NCBI GenBank assembly: GCA_021108075.1
Contig: JAIORP010000158.1
Location: forward strand, 5,740-69,739
Origin: Candidatus Omnitrophota bacterium
GTDB taxonomy: Bacteria > Omnitrophota > Gorgyraeia > Zapsychrales > Zapsychraceae
Reading direction: 5' to 3'
Length of the DNA stretch: 64,000 bases
Shown here: positions 20,618-30,367 of the stretch, one piece after another
How positions within the stretch are numbered: the first letter of the stretch is position 1
Layout: each line of letters begins with the position of its first letter
Program-made: the position numbers and the translations under genes
Notes under the pieces: model-generated
Database searches by the model: none
The model's input: only the letters and a program-made list of their open reading frames with translations
Told to the model about the DNA's origin: nothing

Positions 20618-22024
20618 ATGAAGACATTTATAGGAATTTTCATGAAAAAACAATATCCCATCCTATCATTTATTATACTGCTTTGCTTTTTGGCCAGCAG
20701 TTTTCTTTATCACGGCATTCAAGCCGCTGATCAGGCCTCTGAAGGAACACTGTCCAAAAACGTTGATATCGCACAAGCCGGTCAACAAAAACAAATCCGA
20801 GAGATTTTCCCGCAAGCCCACAGCATACACATCAACCGTAAAGACCGGATCCACTATATCATTTATGACAAACAAAGTATGTTTTTAGGAATCGCCTTTT
20901 ATACTAAAGACATTGCACCGGACATCTACGGCTACGGCGGCCATGTCAATCTGCTGGTGGGGATAACCGCGCAAGGCACATTAACGTCCATCAAACTGAT
21001 CAACCATCTTGAAACGCCGGCCTATGTGGAAGGTAAATTGCTCCCCTTCCTTCAACAGTTCAGCGGACGGTCCATCCAGGACAAAATTGTCCTGGACCAA
21101 AACGTCAACGCCATCACGCACGCGACGGTCAGCAGCACGGCCGTGGTTAATGCCTTAAATCAAAGCATCGCCAAAATGTCCACCCTTAGGGTCGTTCAAG
21201 AAAAACTGATACCTCCGCGCTCCTCCTTTCCGGCCAAAGACATTATCCTCACTCTTTTACTTTTTATGTTAGCCATAATCAGTGTCCTGACATCCCAACC
21301 AATCTTACGCTGGTTCACGCTGTTAAGCAGTTTGCTCTATTTGGGCATCCTGAAAGGTTCCATGATATCGGCGTCGAATATAGCGGTCCTTTTTTCCGGA
21401 CGCTGGCCATTGTTCCAAACAAATCCGCACTGGTACCTGCTGACATTTTTTTCCATTCTTTGCGCGCCTTATTTCGGTATGGTGTTTTGCGGATACCTCT
21501 GCCCTTTTGCGGGAACGCAGGAAATCCTTCATGCCTTGACAAAAAAGATCCGCAAGCAAAGAACGGACACCATTTCCCCTGCGATTGAAAACAAAGCCCG
21601 GTTTATCAAATACGCGGTTCTGATGATCGCGGTCAGTGCGGGCATTCTGACGGGCCATCCCAATATCGCCATCATCGAACCCTTCATTACTTTGTTTACC
21701 TTCAACGGATCACACGCCGCCTGGATTTTATTAGGGCTGATGTTGCTGCTCTCCATGATATATTACCGCTTTTGGTGCCGGTTTTTTTGCCCGGTGGGGG
21801 CCTTCCTCGGTCTCATTGCCCAAAAAAGTTTATGGGGTATCACCTTAAAAAAATATCCGTGCAGCTATTGTCTGAAGTGTGAACAGATCTGTCCGACTCG
21901 GGCGATCAATTTTCAGAATAAAGATCACTTGCGTGTTGATACCCCGGAATGTGTGCTCTGCTTGGAATGCGTCAACAACTGTCCGGATAGAACATTAGGA
22001 GTCCGTCGCTATGGCAAGAAATAA
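20618..22024 (+). CDS. NosR/NapH-like membrane redox protein (FMN-binding domain plus 4Fe-4S clusters)
   Basis: N-terminal signal/TM, then an FMN_bind domain with the flavinylation motif (HATVSSTAVVNAL). TM helices carry CX3CP motifs (FCGYLCPF, CRFFCPVG). C-terminal 2x[4Fe-4S] ferredoxin motifs (CSYCLKCEQICP, CVLCLECVNNCP). Confidence 0.7.
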   Translation: MKTFIGIFMKKQYPILSFIILLCFLASSFLYHGIQAADQASEGTLSKNVDIAQAGQQKQIREIFPQAHSIHINRKDRIHYIIYDKQSMFLGIAFYTKDIAPDIYGYGGHVNLLVGITAQGTLTSIKLINHLETPAYVEGKLLPFLQQFSGRSIQDKIVLDQNVNAITHATVSSTAVVNALNQSIAKMSTLRVVQEKLIPPRSSFPAKDIILTLLLFMLAIISVLTSQPILRWFTLLSSLLYLGILKGSMISASNIAVLFSGRWPLFQTNPHWYLLTFFSILCAPYFGMVFCGYLCPFAGTQEILHALTKKIRKQRTDTISPAIENKARFIKYAVLMIAVSAGILTGHPNIAIIEPFITLFTFNGSHAAWILLGLMLLLSMIYYRFWCRFFCPVGAFLGLIAQKSLWGITLKKYPCSYCLKCEQICPTRAINFQNKDHLRVDTPECVLCLECVNNCPDRTLGVRRYGKK

Positions 22025-22216
22025 TGGGCTGGCCGTCACGGTCCTGGCCATAACCGGTTTGCTTGTTTGTTGGATCATGACCGAGAATATCCTCGCGATG
22101 AAGCGGGCAAAGACTTTTTCCCCGACAACCGACCGCTCACAGAGAGTTCAAGAACCTCTTCAAAAACAAACCATTAAACCGTATAATGCCTTATATTGGA
22201 GAGTTGCCGATGAATA

Positions 22217-22322
22217 ATACCAAATCCATTAAATAATTGCCAAAATTTCTCATCGTTTTTTGCGAACGCTTTTACGCAAATAGCAATGAGAAATCAGATG
22301 AATTATTTATTGGATTTGGTAT
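22217..22322. repeat. 106-bp variant element with the same TIRs as the 82-bp family but an unrelated core
   Basis: ataccaaatccattaaataattg[ccaaaatttctcatcg...atgagaaatcagat]gaattatttattggatttggtat. The core has its own nested hairpins. Confidence 0.8.
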
Positions 22323-22372
22323 AATTTAAACAATATCATGCCCGTTATCAAAAGGCACCAAGGAAAAATGTC

Positions 22373-23347
22373 ATGAACACGATTATCTGCGATTTATGCC
22401 CGAAACATTGCCGCCTGCGTCCAGGCGACCGGGGGAATTGCCGTGTCCGGACCAATCAGGACGGGAAATTACAAACGCTTGTTTATGGAAATCCCTGCGC
22501 GGTCCATGTTGACCCGATTGAAAAGAAACCCCTGTTTCATTTTTTACCGACGTCAAAGGCCTTCTCGATCGCGACCGCGGGGTGCAATCTGCATTGCAAA
22601 TATTGTCAAAACTGGCAAATTTCTCAACGCCCTCCGGAGGAAACGAATAATTATGATATGCCGCCAGAGATTGTGGTTGAAAAAGCCATTGAAACAGATT
22701 GCCAAAGTATTGCCTACACGTACACTGACCCGGTTATTTTCTATGAGTACGCGTTTGACACATCCAAGGCCGCCCATCAAAAGGGCATCCGCAATGTGCT
22801 GGTCACAGCCGCTTATATCGAACAAAAGCCGCTCAAGGATCTCTGCAAGTATACCGACGCGGCCAATGTGGACTTAAAAGGCATCACCGATGAATTTTAC
22901 CGCAAGATGTCAGACGCGACACTGCAGCCTGTCCTGGACGCCATCCTCACCATGATCAAGTTGGGGGTGTGGGTGGAATTAACCAATTTGATTGTGCCGA
23001 CCTGGAATGATCAAGAAAAGGATATCCGGCAATTATGCCGCTGGGTTTACAAAAACGCCGGACCGGACGTGCCAATGCATTTTTCAAGATTTTGGCCGCA
23101 ACATAAATTAAAAAATTTACCGCCAACACCGCTTAAGGTGATGAGCCGCGCCTGGGAGATCGCCAAGGAAGAAGGCCTTCATTTCCCGTATGTGGGCAAT
23201 GTGCCCGGTCATCCGGGGAATAACACCTATTGCCCCCATGACGGCAAAATCATTATCCGCCGGCGGGGATACATGATCACTGAAAACCATGTGATCAACG
23301 GACATTGCACGTTTTGTAAGAATTCAATCCCCGGGGTTTGGTCTTAG
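22373..23347 (+). CDS. AmmeMemoRadiSam-system radical SAM enzyme
   Basis: N-terminal Cys-rich region (CDLCPKHCRLRPGDRGNCRVR) and CNLHCKYCQNWQIS radical-SAM motif, which is the PFL-activase-like TIGR04337 architecture. Confidence 0.8.
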   Translation: MNTIICDLCPKHCRLRPGDRGNCRVRTNQDGKLQTLVYGNPCAVHVDPIEKKPLFHFLPTSKAFSIATAGCNLHCKYCQNWQISQRPPEETNNYDMPPEIVVEKAIETDCQSIAYTYTDPVIFYEYAFDTSKAAHQKGIRNVLVTAAYIEQKPLKDLCKYTDAANVDLKGITDEFYRKMSDATLQPVLDAILTMIKLGVWVELTNLIVPTWNDQEKDIRQLCRWVYKNAGPDVPMHFSRFWPQHKLKNLPPTPLKVMSRAWEIAKEEGLHFPYVGNVPGHPGNNTYCPHDGKIIIRRRGYMITENHVINGHCTFCKNSIPGVWS

Positions 23348-23377
23348 AAAAAACAGACGCCGGAACAAGGAGTGACG

Positions 23378-23542
23378 ATGAAAAAATTAACACGACGACA
23401 ATTCATGAAAATCAGCGCAACCTCTTTACTGGGTTTGCTTGTTTTGCCGTTCTGGCGGTTGTTCGCCAACAAAACAAAAAAAATCAGTAAACATGTTAAA
23501 GAAGCCAAATATTACGGTCAGGCCGACCATCTGGCCGGGTAA
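23378..23542 (+). CDS. 54-aa mini-ORF with a twin-arginine-type signal peptide
   Basis: Strong RBS (aaggagtg), then ATG. MKKLTRRQFMKISATSLLGLLVLPFW contains the Tat consensus T-R-R-x-F-[LM]-K followed by an h-region. It is too short to appear in the ORF track. Confidence 0.35.
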   Translation: MKKLTRRQFMKISATSLLGLLVLPFWRLFANKTKKISKHVKEAKYYGQADHLAG

Positions 23543-23835
23543 AAAGGCAAGGACAGGGTGGCGGCTGAAGAAGGTTAGAACCTGTTTACTGCTTAACTAA
23601 GTATTGTATCCCCCAAATTTTATTGCACACATTCCAAATCTTGCAGGAATTATCTTGGATTCTTTCTCGAATAATTAATGCATAGGTAGCATATTTTACC
23701 TTTTACGGCTGGGTCGCATCATACAAACAGCACATTCAAAATTATGTGCAAGGGGCATAACCAAATATGAGTTATACCCCTTTCCTTTAACGTTACAAAT
23801 TATCTAGCCGTAAGCTTGCAACTGCTTTCATTAAT

Positions 23836-26271
23836 TTATTCTTGTAATGAATCATAATCTTGCCCGTCGTCGATGGATGTTCCTTTACGGTTATGCGGCA
23901 CTGTTACATTGACAGAACCTGAGCAGCTTTCATAGTTATCGCTTGCTGTAAAATGCACCTCATACACCCGGCCGTTACCTTGGCCTGAACGTTCTGAACG
24001 AATGTAGACCTTTTCTTCTTGCGGGTCATCATAATTAACCACCGCATCCGGACTCGTATCTCCATCACCTAAACCATTCACAGGCTCATCTTGTGTGACC
24101 GCCTCAATCGTGATAAATAACTCATCACTTTGTGGATCAGCTAAATTATCGATTGAGATGAGCTTCATCTTATGGTTTGGAGACCATAAACTGAATGAAC
24201 TCGGGACAGCCTCATTGCAATTAGGTGGATCATTGATATTTTGGACATGAACGATCACTTCATCCGTATCAACATATTCCGCATCATCCACCGTCAACTG
24301 AAAGACGAAATCTTCACCGTCTAACTGTACAGCAGGAGCCGTAAACTGAGCGATAGCTTGATGCGCATTTTCAATCATAACTGTTGGTCCACTGATTTGA
24401 TCCCATTGGTATGCCAACGGATTATTCTCCGGATCATAACTCGCCGATCCGTCCAACGTGACGATTGAGAATTCATATCGCGTTAGTGGCCCTGGGCCGC
24501 CAGCGTCAGCAACGGGTGGTTGATTGATATGAATGATCAGTATTTGAACATAATCCGGCTCACTATCTTCGATGCCGTCATTAACGATCAATTCAAATTC
24601 CATTAATTCCCCTTCCACTGGCACAAGCACGGGAGCAGTAAAGGTCGCTTGACAATTTTCCAGCGGTGTTATGACAACAGTGGTACCAGCGATCTGGGTC
24701 CATTGACAGGCCAATGGTTCATTATCTAAATCATAACTGTTCGATCCATCAAGCAAAACTGCTTCTCCTTCAGGAATGCCAGGATCCAACTGATCATCAC
24801 CGGCATCCGCTATAGGTTTATTGTTCACATTAGTAACCGTGATATCAACCTCATCAGAATCCATGAGATCGTTAATTTCTGTGACTGTGAGCTTGAGGGT
24901 TAATGTCGCTCCACCAGTAGGCACGATAGGAGTTGTAAATTCAGGACGAATAGGATCGCTGAGATCCAAGTCTACTGTTGGTCCGGCAATTTGTTCCCAT
25001 TGATAAGTTAGGTCAAACCCTTCACTACCTTCAGCGTTTAATGTTACTATACTATTTTCTGCTACCGATTGATCTACCCCGGCATTAGCCCGTGGATGTG
25101 AAACAGCAATCCCTAAACCATAAGAATTAATTGGATACTGTATATTTGAAAACACGATTTCTTTTATATTATCGTTGTTATAATCAACGGCTGTATTAAC
25201 TCTGCTAGCTTTATATTCCTGGGCTAAAGTTTCTGGGTCAGAAAAAGATCCTTGTCCATCGCCGTAATATATTCTTATGCCGGGATAATTATCCTTGCCT
25301 CCCAAGGCAATATCCAAAAATCCGTCGCCATTGACATCATTAACCGGGATAGACCAGGAAGAATTTTGGTTCCCTATTCCACTGGCTAGAATATCTATTT
25401 CTTCCACGGTCCATGTTAAATTATTTAAATTGTCTACATTTCCCCAAAATACAATAAGTTTGCGTTCATCGGTTGCTTCTTCATAGATATCAGTGGCAAT
25501 GTCGATATATCCATCATTATTTAAATCGTCTGTCCCATCTTTCCATGATTGACTTTTGAAGAGAGATGAATGACTTCTGAGAGTTGACCAGACACGATTA
25601 CCTTCATTTATGTAAGATCCGATAAAAACGCTTGCGCCCAACCGCGCTTTTCCGATTAGATCAACAAAGCCGTCATTGTTAATATCTTTAGGCATTAAAA
25701 AAGCAGCTTCTACTGGTGCCGGGCCGCTAATTAAATTTCCTTGCCCATCACCGTAAAATATCTTATTCACTCCGGTAACAGTAAGTCCGAAAACATCCAA
25801 ATGACCATCTTGATCAAAATCTAACACTTCCACCTGATTACCATAGGTTCCGTTTATAAAAACTTCGGTCCAATTCCCAGGTCCATTATTGAGATAAAGT
25901 CTAAAACCTTGAAATCGTAAAGCAACCACAATGTCCATATTTCCATCTTCATTAAAATCACCCACACCAACATCCACTGGATCATAATCTAAGTTGGTTA
26001 TACTATCAACAACATTCCAGGTTTGCGTTTCTGTGTCATATTTCCAAATTTCAACAGCCATGGAGGCTCCATTATGTCCACGGCAGGTAAGTAATTCTTG
26101 AATACCGTCGCCGTCCATGTCTGCATTCTGGCTAAAGCCTTTATAAAAGATTGTTTCATTCATAAGTTCTACTGGTTGCCAGGCGGCATGGCAGACAAAA
26201 CAAAACGTAAGCATAAAAAATATTAGTGGTACCAACCTCATAAGAAAACCTTTTGTTCTACTGTGACCCAT
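23836..26271 (-). CDS. large secreted FG-GAP/VCBS-repeat and Ig-like (PKD/cadherin-like) domain surface protein
   Basis: Signal peptide. Multiple FG-GAP-like Ca-binding loops (DMDGDG, NEDGNMD, DINNDGF, NNDGYID) and repeated Ig-like modules containing NKPIADAGDDQ / NQPPVADAGGP motifs. Confidence 0.75.
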   Translation of the reverse strand: MGHSRTKGFLMRLVPLIFFMLTFCFVCHAAWQPVELMNETIFYKGFSQNADMDGDGIQELLTCRGHNGASMAVEIWKYDTETQTWNVVDSITNLDYDPVDVGVGDFNEDGNMDIVVALRFQGFRLYLNNGPGNWTEVFINGTYGNQVEVLDFDQDGHLDVFGLTVTGVNKIFYGDGQGNLISGPAPVEAAFLMPKDINNDGFVDLIGKARLGASVFIGSYINEGNRVWSTLRSHSSLFKSQSWKDGTDDLNNDGYIDIATDIYEEATDERKLIVFWGNVDNLNNLTWTVEEIDILASGIGNQNSSWSIPVNDVNGDGFLDIALGGKDNYPGIRIYYGDGQGSFSDPETLAQEYKASRVNTAVDYNNDNIKEIVFSNIQYPINSYGLGIAVSHPRANAGVDQSVAENSIVTLNAEGSEGFDLTYQWEQIAGPTVDLDLSDPIRPEFTTPIVPTGGATLTLKLTVTEINDLMDSDEVDITVTNVNNKPIADAGDDQLDPGIPEGEAVLLDGSNSYDLDNEPLACQWTQIAGTTVVITPLENCQATFTAPVLVPVEGELMEFELIVNDGIEDSEPDYVQILIIHINQPPVADAGGPGPLTRYEFSIVTLDGSASYDPENNPLAYQWDQISGPTVMIENAHQAIAQFTAPAVQLDGEDFVFQLTVDDAEYVDTDEVIVHVQNINDPPNCNEAVPSSFSLWSPNHKMKLISIDNLADPQSDELFITIEAVTQDEPVNGLGDGDTSPDAVVNYDDPQEEKVYIRSERSGQGNGRVYEVHFTASDNYESCSGSVNVTVPHNRKGTSIDDGQDYDSLQE

Positions 26272-26694
26272 AATCCCCTCCTGTTTTATAGTATTTGTTC
26301 AATATGTTAGCAGTATATTGTCATTTCAAAATGCTGTCAACACGATATCGTGTGACAATCAGATTCACAAATTCCGAAGTAGAATCCGGAAAATAAAAAA
26401 AATAGCGATGATGTAATAAAACTCGCCATTCGATCTTGATCAACCATGAATTTTTTTGGCTTCTAAAGATTAATTGTTTATTCGAATTTTATTTGGGTCG
26501 TCTGGATGGATCTTGAACACACTCTTCCCTTGGGATTTGCTATCAGGATTATTTTTCTGTGATGATTGTCCTAGCAAGCAGATAATGAGATTATAACACA
26601 GTAAAATTGGGTAACACTCTAATTAAATTTCAAGAAAAAACAAAAAGGAATATTACCAGAAAAGTCAACAATTTTCACTCTTCGATTTCCCTGC

Positions 26695-27225
26695 TTACGG
26701 TCTTTTCGGCATAAACTCACCAGGACCGCTTTTGTGCACACCATGAAATCTTCCGCTTTTCCCCATCATTTTCCCGGCTTTATCATGAAATTTCCGGAAT
26801 TGTTCCGGGGTTAAAATCTCGCGCAATTGAAGAATTCCTTCTAAACGGTGATCCGCCATCTCATTCTCAAGAACTTTAATCTGATCATGAAGACCATAGA
26901 CCTTTGCTGTATCAATTTCTGCCTTTTCCAGTTCCGTCTTTAGCTTATCCCGAAAATCCATCATCTTCTCCATATATTCTTTAATCTGACCCCTGTGACT
27001 GCCTCGATGTTTTTCAAGTTTTTGCTGTTGTTCTTCTGTTACGCCAAGATCTTCTCTCATTTTTTTTCTCATTTTCTCTTTTCGCTCCCGCATATGCTCG
27101 ATCATTTCCACTTCCTCCGGGGCTAAATCCTCAAATTCTTGTGCGAATGCATAACCAGAACTTCCCAAGATTCCAACCAGGGTAATCATTGCGACGGCTT
27201 GTAATGTTTTTTTCATCACGCTCAC
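26695..27225 (-). CDS. periplasmic LTXXQ-motif (Spy/CpxP-like) protein
   Basis: Signal peptide, helical charged protein with LTPEQFRKFHD (LTXXQ). Downstream of the ECF sigma/anti-sigma pair. Confidence 0.65.
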   Translation of the reverse strand: MSVMKKTLQAVAMITLVGILGSSGYAFAQEFEDLAPEEVEMIEHMRERKEKMRKKMREDLGVTEEQQQKLEKHRGSHRGQIKEYMEKMMDFRDKLKTELEKAEIDTAKVYGLHDQIKVLENEMADHRLEGILQLREILTPEQFRKFHDKAGKMMGKSGRFHGVHKSGPGEFMPKRP

Positions 27226-27289
27226 TCCTTTTTAAAATTTTTATTATCGTTACCAACTTAGATCCTTTTACGAAAATAAAGTTCCAGAA

Positions 27290-27829
27290 CTAAAGAAAAT
27301 ATTGCTCTACGGATGTGCCATAATCCGTAGTGTCTTCTTCATTGAAATAATACGCTAGATATTCGTCTTGATCAGCTGTTTCTTTCGACGCTACAAGCAC
27401 TTCTTGCTTGATTTGGTTTTGATCCTGCCCTTGATTTTGGTTCACTAAATAGGGTTGTTTCACACTAGCACTTAAGAGAAAAAACAGCACGACTAAGACC
27501 GCAAAAACCCCCCAAACAAAAACAGGTTCAGGGAAAAATATTATTTTCTTCCATCGCTCAATAAGACCAAACTCTTGTTGACACTCCGGTGTATCCTTTT
27601 TTTCATTTTGAATGTCTTCTTGTAACCTCGCCCAAACAACAGCCCTCGATCGATCATATTTTTTAGCCTTCATGAAAGGTTCAACCGTTGTTTGTTGTGC
27701 CAAAACAAAAAACTCTTTGCAATCTCTACAGGATGCAAGATGACTTTCTAATAGACCTTTCTTACCTTGATGTATTTCTCCATCTAAATAATCTGTGAGT
27801 ATCAACTCTTGAATCTCTTTACAATTCAT
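27290..27829 (-). CDS. zf-HC2-type anti-sigma factor (single TM)
   Basis: MNCKEIQELILTDYLDGE...HLASCRDCKEF zinc-finger anti-sigma N-terminus plus one TM (VFVWGVFAVLVVLFFLL). Overlaps the sigma gene stop. Confidence 0.65.
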   Translation of the reverse strand: MNCKEIQELILTDYLDGEIHQGKKGLLESHLASCRDCKEFFVLAQQTTVEPFMKAKKYDRSRAVVWARLQEDIQNEKKDTPECQQEFGLIERWKKIIFFPEPVFVWGVFAVLVVLFFLLSASVKQPYLVNQNQGQDQNQIKQEVLVASKETADQDEYLAYYFNEEDTTDYGTSVEQYFL

Positions 27830-28379
27830 GCGGGGCCGCCTCTCTTCTCAATGCAAGCATAGCTTCTCTTGCTCTTTTTATTCTTGAACGCACTGTATTA
27901 ATGGGAATTCTTAAGGTATCCGCGATCTCCTTGTAGCTCAAACCTTGTATACTTCGCAAAACAATACATGTTCTTTGCTCCAAATATAAATGACCTAACA
28001 ATTTATGGATCACTTTCTCATTCTCTTCTTCATCGATTCTGTCTCGAATGTCTTTCATAGGAGCGGCTATGGGATTCGTTTCATCGTATTCAACCACGCC
28101 TTTTATCTGCTTGCTTTTTTTTTGAGAATATTTTAAAGCACAATTGATTGTTATTCGATAAATCCATGTTTTAAGCGAAGACTGTTGACGAAAAGCGCTT
28201 ATTTTCCTATAAACGGTCATAAAGACTTCCTGGCATATCTCTTCCGCTTCTTCTCTCTTGCTAACAATACGAAAAGCAACATTGAAAACAAAACCAAAGT
28301 ATTCCCTGTAAATTGATTCAAAAGCACGTTCATCTCCCTGAATCGCCTGTTGTACTATGTCATCTGTCATATTTCGCAT
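27819..28379 (-). CDS. ECF-family RNA polymerase sigma-70 factor
   Basis: Sigma-70 region 2 (FESIYREYFGFVFNVAFRIV...) and region 4 HTH (GLSYKEIADTLRIPINTVRSRIKRAR). Confidence 0.85.
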   Translation of the reverse strand: MRNMTDDIVQQAIQGDERAFESIYREYFGFVFNVAFRIVSKREEAEEICQEVFMTVYRKISAFRQQSSLKTWIYRITINCALKYSQKKSKQIKGVVEYDETNPIAAPMKDIRDRIDEEENEKVIHKLLGHLYLEQRTCIVLRSIQGLSYKEIADTLRIPINTVRSRIKRAREAMLALRREAAPHEL

Positions 28380-28529
28380 TACTTTCTTTTATATATCCTT
28401 AGATCCCTTTTAACAAAAAAAGTTCCCGATTTAATTCTCATTATTATCTAAATACTCTTGTTTAACATAGAGCACCTATTGTTTCAAAAAAATATGCAGT
28501 TTTGTAGAAAGTTACTGAGAAATAATCTA

Positions 28530-29339
28530 TTAAGGAAGATTCCAGCGCTTGCGGTTGCTCAGAACCGTCTCAGCCGCGACCTTTTGCAAGTAGGCCGCTT
28601 TTGTTTGGCCGAGATTGTACGGGTCACCGGTTCCTTGAGGACTTTCTTGAAAGATCACACTGAAAAAAACACATGCGGCTAAATACGATCCCATCTGATT
28701 CGGATGGCTGTTATCCTGTTCCCAGAAATCCAGCAAGGGGGCGTCCAGACGCGCTTTTTGAAAAGCCAGGCCCACGGGAGCGACCGTCGCATTGAGTTCT
28801 TTTGCGATGGTCATGTATCCAGAGGATACACGCATCTGCATCTCTTTGTAATTCCTGAAGCCATGTTTGGCCAGCCCATTCCGGCGGCCCCACGTCATAA
28901 AAAAAATAGTTTTTGCCCCGGAACGGCGGATCATCCGGTCTAACTTGCGTGCGGCCGGATACATATTCTTCATCCGGTAAGACGATACGGAGGGGATGAT
29001 ACTTTGTTCCTGTAAAACAACATAATCCCAACGAGTTTGTTTGATCTTCGAGAGTGTGGCTTGATTGGCTGAGTGTTTCGATAAGGTCCATCCTCCCGGC
29101 GCAATCAGATCAATGTCAACCTGATAGCCTTTTTGGCGGGCGATCCGGACGAACATTTGCGGCATGCTATTAAAAAAGGTATAGCTATTACCGATAAATA
29201 AAACTTTAACAGATTCCTGATCTTTCGCCTGCGCACGTGACAGCGGCAAAAAAAAGAAACACAATAAAAACAACATTCCAAAAATAATAAAAACGCGTCG
29301 CTTTTTCATATCAAAATTCGAAACCCGACCTGGTGACAT
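28530..29339 (-). CDS. secreted SGNH/GDSL-like hydrolase family protein
   Basis: Signal peptide. The VLFIGNSYT block resembles the GDS(L) motif block I. Length and remaining blocks are consistent with an SGNH fold, but the assignment is moderate. Confidence 0.5.
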   Translation of the reverse strand: MSPGRVSNFDMKKRRVFIIFGMLFLLCFFFLPLSRAQAKDQESVKVLFIGNSYTFFNSMPQMFVRIARQKGYQVDIDLIAPGGWTLSKHSANQATLSKIKQTRWDYVVLQEQSIIPSVSSYRMKNMYPAARKLDRMIRRSGAKTIFFMTWGRRNGLAKHGFRNYKEMQMRVSSGYMTIAKELNATVAPVGLAFQKARLDAPLLDFWEQDNSHPNQMGSYLAACVFFSVIFQESPQGTGDPYNLGQTKAAYLQKVAAETVLSNRKRWNLP

Positions 29340-30084
29340 CGATCATTTTAGACTCGGTTAAATTCTTTCTGGTATAGCTCTGAAGTGACACAAATGAAAT
29401 AATCAAAAAACAGGATAAAATCCGTCTCAAGGCATGTGTTTTCATGTTTAGAAACATAATGACATTACTTGTTCAGTGTCTGTTGGGTAGGTTTAATATA
29501 AATATATATTTCGCACGTCTAAGTATAATATATATATTTTATAGTGCAACTTCTCCCGGCGGACAAAATGATTGTCTCATAAATGGCAGGGCTGGCGGAT
29601 AGAATACATCCTTTTTTAAATATGGCGGAATATATACGGAATTAGCCTGACAAAATCCGTCCAGGAGGCTGTCCGAAAATAGAATTTTTGTTCAGAACAA
29701 GGCGCGATACGAGAGAAAACCCACAGGCGTACATGTGTACGTTGAGGATTTTTACGAGTTTCGCAACGCAGGACTGGACAAAAACATCATTATCGGACAG
29801 CCTCCTGGTCGGATTGCCCCATAAACTCAAACCGGGAGGCTAAGTCTTCTATCATCGAAGCCAGAACAGTCTCATGGCTTAAACGCTGATCGGATGATAC
29901 CGCCTCTTGCTGAATGCTTGCCGTTGACGCGATGCATAAAGAGAACAAAAAGGCCGTGATAACATAAAACGTCTTAACGGTCAAATTTGTCTCCTGTTCA
30001 AAAATATCTTCCATGGGAGCACCTTTTTTATGAATGTTAGAAATAATTCCATAGCAAAACTAAAAATAGTATAAAAAAGGCGCG

Positions 30085-30366
30085 TTAAATCCGTATGTCG
30101 AAAATGTTACTGTTGTGTAAATCATGCGGTTTTTGTTGGATCTCTCCGATTGGGGAAAAGCGCTGAAATCCGGAAGCGGGCTGTTTCAGGAATTCCAGCT
30201 TTTCAAATGTTGAAGTCCTGCAAAAAATCTGATTGCGGTGCGGATAACGGCCAAACTGCTCAATGACGGCCTTATGTTTGATCTTAAAATCACAATTCAA
30301 CTGGATCCCATTATTGCGGAACAAATCCACCAAACAAACTTGTCCGGACATACGCGGGCTCATCAA
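30085..30366 (-). pseudogene. C-terminal fragment of a DUF924-family protein (truncated)
   Basis: IEQFGRYPHRNQIFCRTSTFEKLEFL matches the conserved DUF924 C-terminal block (FGRFPHRN.ILGR.ST.EE..FL). Only ~93 aa of the usual ~180 are present, and the upstream space is occupied by the next gene. Confidence 0.45.
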
Positions 30367-30367
30367 T

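Noticed and set aside
22443-22877. Alternative-frame 144-aa and antisense 90-aa ORFs within the AmmeMemoRadiSam gene
   Set aside because: They overlap a gene with clear radical-SAM motifs in another frame. They have Arg-rich composition and no motif.
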